A stretch of DNA of 63,536 nucleotides, counting the filler, from Dimorphilus gyrociliatus (taxonomy: Eukaryota > Animalia > Annelida), in assembly GCA_904063045.1 (NCBI GenBank). It is 5 parts of 5 records of this genome, joined end to end, with 100 filler letters (N's around TTAATTAATTAA, not from the genome) between each part and the next. Parts side by side here need not be neighbours in the genome. Positions count along the whole stretch, not along the records: positions 57,080 to 63,536 come from CAJFCJ010000313.1; 4 more parts are not named here. One strand, 5' to 3'. The notes under the pieces were generated by a model. That model had not been told where the DNA came from. It did no database searches and worked only from the letters and a program-made list of their open reading frames with translations. The translations under genes were made by a program, and so were the position numbers. Shown one piece after another: positions 60,480 to 63,536 of the stretch (its first letter is position 1; the number at the start of each line of letters is the position of its first letter).

Positions 60480-61850
60480 TAAACGGAATATTATATTTAG
60501 ATGAAAATACGGGCCAGAATTTTTTAAAAAAGAGAGTCATCCCTCTTGCGTCAACTGAAGAGATGAAAATTCCTTGTAAACAAGTACATAAAGACGTTTT
60601 CATCCTAGTTATAACAAACTTGTATACCTTTGTTCGAGGAAATTCTTTTGGATCAAGTCCGCAACACCCTATTAATCTAAATCAGACTCAAGTCTAAAAT
60701 TTCTCACTCTACTTTTTTTATGCCACAACAATCCGACATCATTAGAACAATTCAATGATTTCTCTTAAACTTTTTTCTTCTTTAGCTTATAAAGCACAGA
60801 TAGATGACTTCATAAGTAAGGGGTATAATTATTTGTATGATATAGTGTTGCATAAAGAAAATTTTGTAACCGAAACAGCACACATATTCAAACAGTTTAG
60901 TCTTTTCACAATTGCTTAAAAAGAAATTAAGGTTAGAAAAGGCGTACAACCAGAAAAATGTCAACAATTATTGAATGAATTCTGTTATATATTAAATTAT
61001 TAGCATAGAATTGGAGACGTAGTGTGGACTTACTAAAAGCGGTCAAATTATATATTTTTTATTCTATTATTGTTTTTTATATTATTTTGTTGTATTATTA
61101 ATGTTTATGTTTTTAGATCTGCACGTTATAGATTTTTTTAAGTATTCCATTTTTTACTATAATTTAATGATGTACAATTTGGCTCTATATATTATAAAAT
61201 TTTCGTTTTTATTTGAATAGTTCATTTTTCAATTATTTAGTTTTTTTTGTATTTTTGCAGTTAGACACAAGTCAAAACTTCTCCCTGGGAGGAAATTTTT
61301 GACTTGATCCATTCTTTGTAATAAAAAAAATTATAAGGGAGATAATGGCAAGCTGTGGACTATGTGCAAAAGTCCGGCTGTTAAAAACATACTACGTATT
61401 AATGCATGTAACTGTAAAAAAATCTTTGGAAATGCTACAAATAGATTTGACTGATTTTTTAGTCTATAAACTATAAAACTGCTCTTGTTTATGGATACTC
61501 ACTATAAAAGATGAATATTTAACATATGCTATTTGTTTTCCTATAAAAAATAAATCTGGTATTTCTATATCTGAAAAAATATTGAAAGAATTTAAAAATC
61601 AAGATTTAAAAGAAATTTATACTAAATATAACATCAAGGAGATACATGGAAGAGCTAGACATCATATGTCTCAAGGACAAATTGAACGTTCCAACCAAAC
61701 AATTAGAGGTTTACTAACTAAAAGGATGATGAATAAAAAAAGAATGGATAGAAGAGTTAAATGAAACAATATTTCACTATAATACTACCATTCACTCTGC
61801 TAATAAGAGTTTTCCTTTTAAAATCTTTATAAGAACTCCCCTTTAACAGT
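60480..61850 (+). pseudogene. Retroviral-type (rve) integrase remnant with an HHCC zinc finger split by an insertion
   Basis: HKDVFHPSYNK...CGLC, EMLQIDLTDF and HGRARHHMSQGQIERSNQTI, with stops and frameshifts. Confidence 0.7.
60650..61310. mobile_element. 661-bp non-autonomous element (MITE-like), 10-bp TIR, 8-bp TSD
   Basis: GGATCAAGTC (60650-60659) and GACTTGATCC (61301-61310), flanked by ATTCTTTT and ATTCTTTG. Confidence 0.8.
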
Positions 61851-61916
61851 ATAATTCAAAAAGAAGAAACTATGAATTCAGATGATGATTATACAATGAT
61901 AGTAAGTATAAGAACA

Positions 61917-63375
61917 CAATATGCAAAAAAAAATCGACAAGTAAAATATGCCTATAAAACTCTTATATAATTTGATTAAACGACAATATATACGAGAATT
62001 TTTTTTCAAAAATTCTGTTAAAACCTAATTATATTGTTTATCTTTCCATAAAACAAGTTTGATTGATAGTCAATATTTTTTAAAGCTGAATGCAAAAAAA
62101 AATTCAGAAAATCCAAAAATTCATTTTTCTCCATTTTCTCTGTAAAAAATCAAGGCAAAAATCCCCTTAATGTACCATAAATATAATAATATCACCAACG
62201 GCAAAATAGCAGGCTTGTAGATCCTGGAATGACAAATAAGGAAATTATTGAAAAACTTAAAATACCTAAATCTACAGCAAGTGACATTATTAGAAGATGT
62301 AAAATAACGGTTAGTTTTGAAAGAAAGCAAGGGGCTGGTCTTCCCTGTATTTATAAAGAAGATGATATTAAAGAGATTCTCAAGATAAAATACAAAAAAA
62401 AGAATCTGCCCGGGTATCGCCAAAAAAATAGTAGACTCCGAAATGGTTAAATCCACGCTCAAACAATTCGTAATGAATTAAAAAATATATGCGGGGGTGT
62501 TTCTCCTCCCACTACAGTACCATTATTAAGGGACCACCAAATAAAGTCGAGATATGCAATCTGTTCAAGTTGGTCATATGAACCTAATAGCTTCTAGGAT
62601 AATGTAATCTATTCTGATATAGTATTATTTAATCTATATAATAGTGAAGAAGGGCAATATGTGTGGAGAAAAAAGGAATGCGGCTTGATTCGGATTATAC
62701 AACTAAGCAAGTTAAGCATGGGAGAGAAAAAGTGATATTATGGGTCTGTTTGAGCAGTAAGAGAGTTTTAGAATAGCATTAATAGAGGGAAAGATGGATA
62801 AATATAAATATGTAGAGATATGCGCCAACAACTTGTTTATTTCTTCCGATTTTCTAGGAATGAAGAGCCTTAAATTCCAACAGGATAATTATCCGAAGCA
62901 TACTACAGGATATGATAAAGAATAATTCAAAACTAAGCAGATTCAAGTTCTTGATTGGTCCTCTTATTCACCAGTCTTGAATCAAATTGAGAATCCTTGG
63001 TCAATCTTAAAGAAAAAATTAAGAGGTGTGAAACGTAAAAATCAAAAAGATTTATTTGGTAAAGTAAAAAGTGAGCGGACAAAAATCCCTAATGAAGCAT
63101 GTATTGCACTAGTAAACTTAACGAGAAGCGAGTTACATCAGTTCTAAAAGCAAAAGGTGGCATAACAAGGTATTAAATAATTTGTCCGATTTTTTTTTGC
63201 ATAAGTAAATAATAACCTTGGCTAAAATAATAAATGGAGCATCTAAAAAAAATTATATCAGACAGTAAACATTTCACTCTCATATGAATAATTATTTATA
63301 ATAAAGTGAACTTGTAAAAGACATATTTTTAGAGATTTTAAATATTTTTACTTGTCCCATTTTTTTTGTATATTG
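61917..63375 (+). mobile_element. Degenerate Tc1 element with IR/DR-type ends
   Basis: TIRs CAATATGCAAAAAAAAATCGACAAGTAAAA and TTTTACTTGTCCCATTTTTTTTGTATATTG|TA. Transposase remnants from 62229 (IPKSTASDII; FQQDNYPKH; YSPVLNQIENPW) to about 63177. Confidence 0.8.
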
Positions 63376-63536
63376 TATATAACTAGAATGGATCGTAATG
63401 CAGGATACCAGAACTCTAAATACAATTTGTCAAGAAATGATATAATATTGCTAAAAAGTGACTTCGATAATAATTCTAAAATCAAAAAGATGAGGTTCCA
63501 AGGATTTTATGATGAAAGTAAATACATTATATCCGA

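Overview
This is AT-rich eukaryotic nuclear DNA, most likely from an invertebrate animal: it has 50-70 nt GT-AG introns, a tRNA-Ile with an AAT anticodon, and NLR/TIR genes. It is not one locus. Five contigs (1-16744, 16845-33231, 33332-48306, 48407-56979, 57080-end) are joined by an identical artificial 100-nt spacer (44 N + TTAATTAATTAA + 44 N), so adjacency across spacers is uninformative. Innate-immunity content: one full NACHT-LRR receptor, three LRR-only paralogues plus an LRR pseudogene, and a spliced TIR-domain gene. Other host genes: hydroxylysine kinase, a nine-exon minimal ATP-dependent DNA ligase with an N-terminal PBZ zinc finger, and several secreted Cys-rich proteins. Transposons: an intact IR/DR-type Tc1, an intact intron-containing MULE plus remnants, mariner remnants, a Merlin transposase, and an integrase split by a MITE. 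The best candidate for something undescribed is contig 3, a multi-ORF Penelope-like retroelement locus. Its 1.5-kaa ORF combines an MBD-like segment, a degenerate SGNH-like domain, an intact RT and a degenerate, internally placed GIY-YIG-like segment. It is accompanied by a stand-alone SGNH-like paralogue, RT-less and inverted decayed copies, and an array of a short conserved motif. All family assignments are motif recognition by eye; no searches were run.
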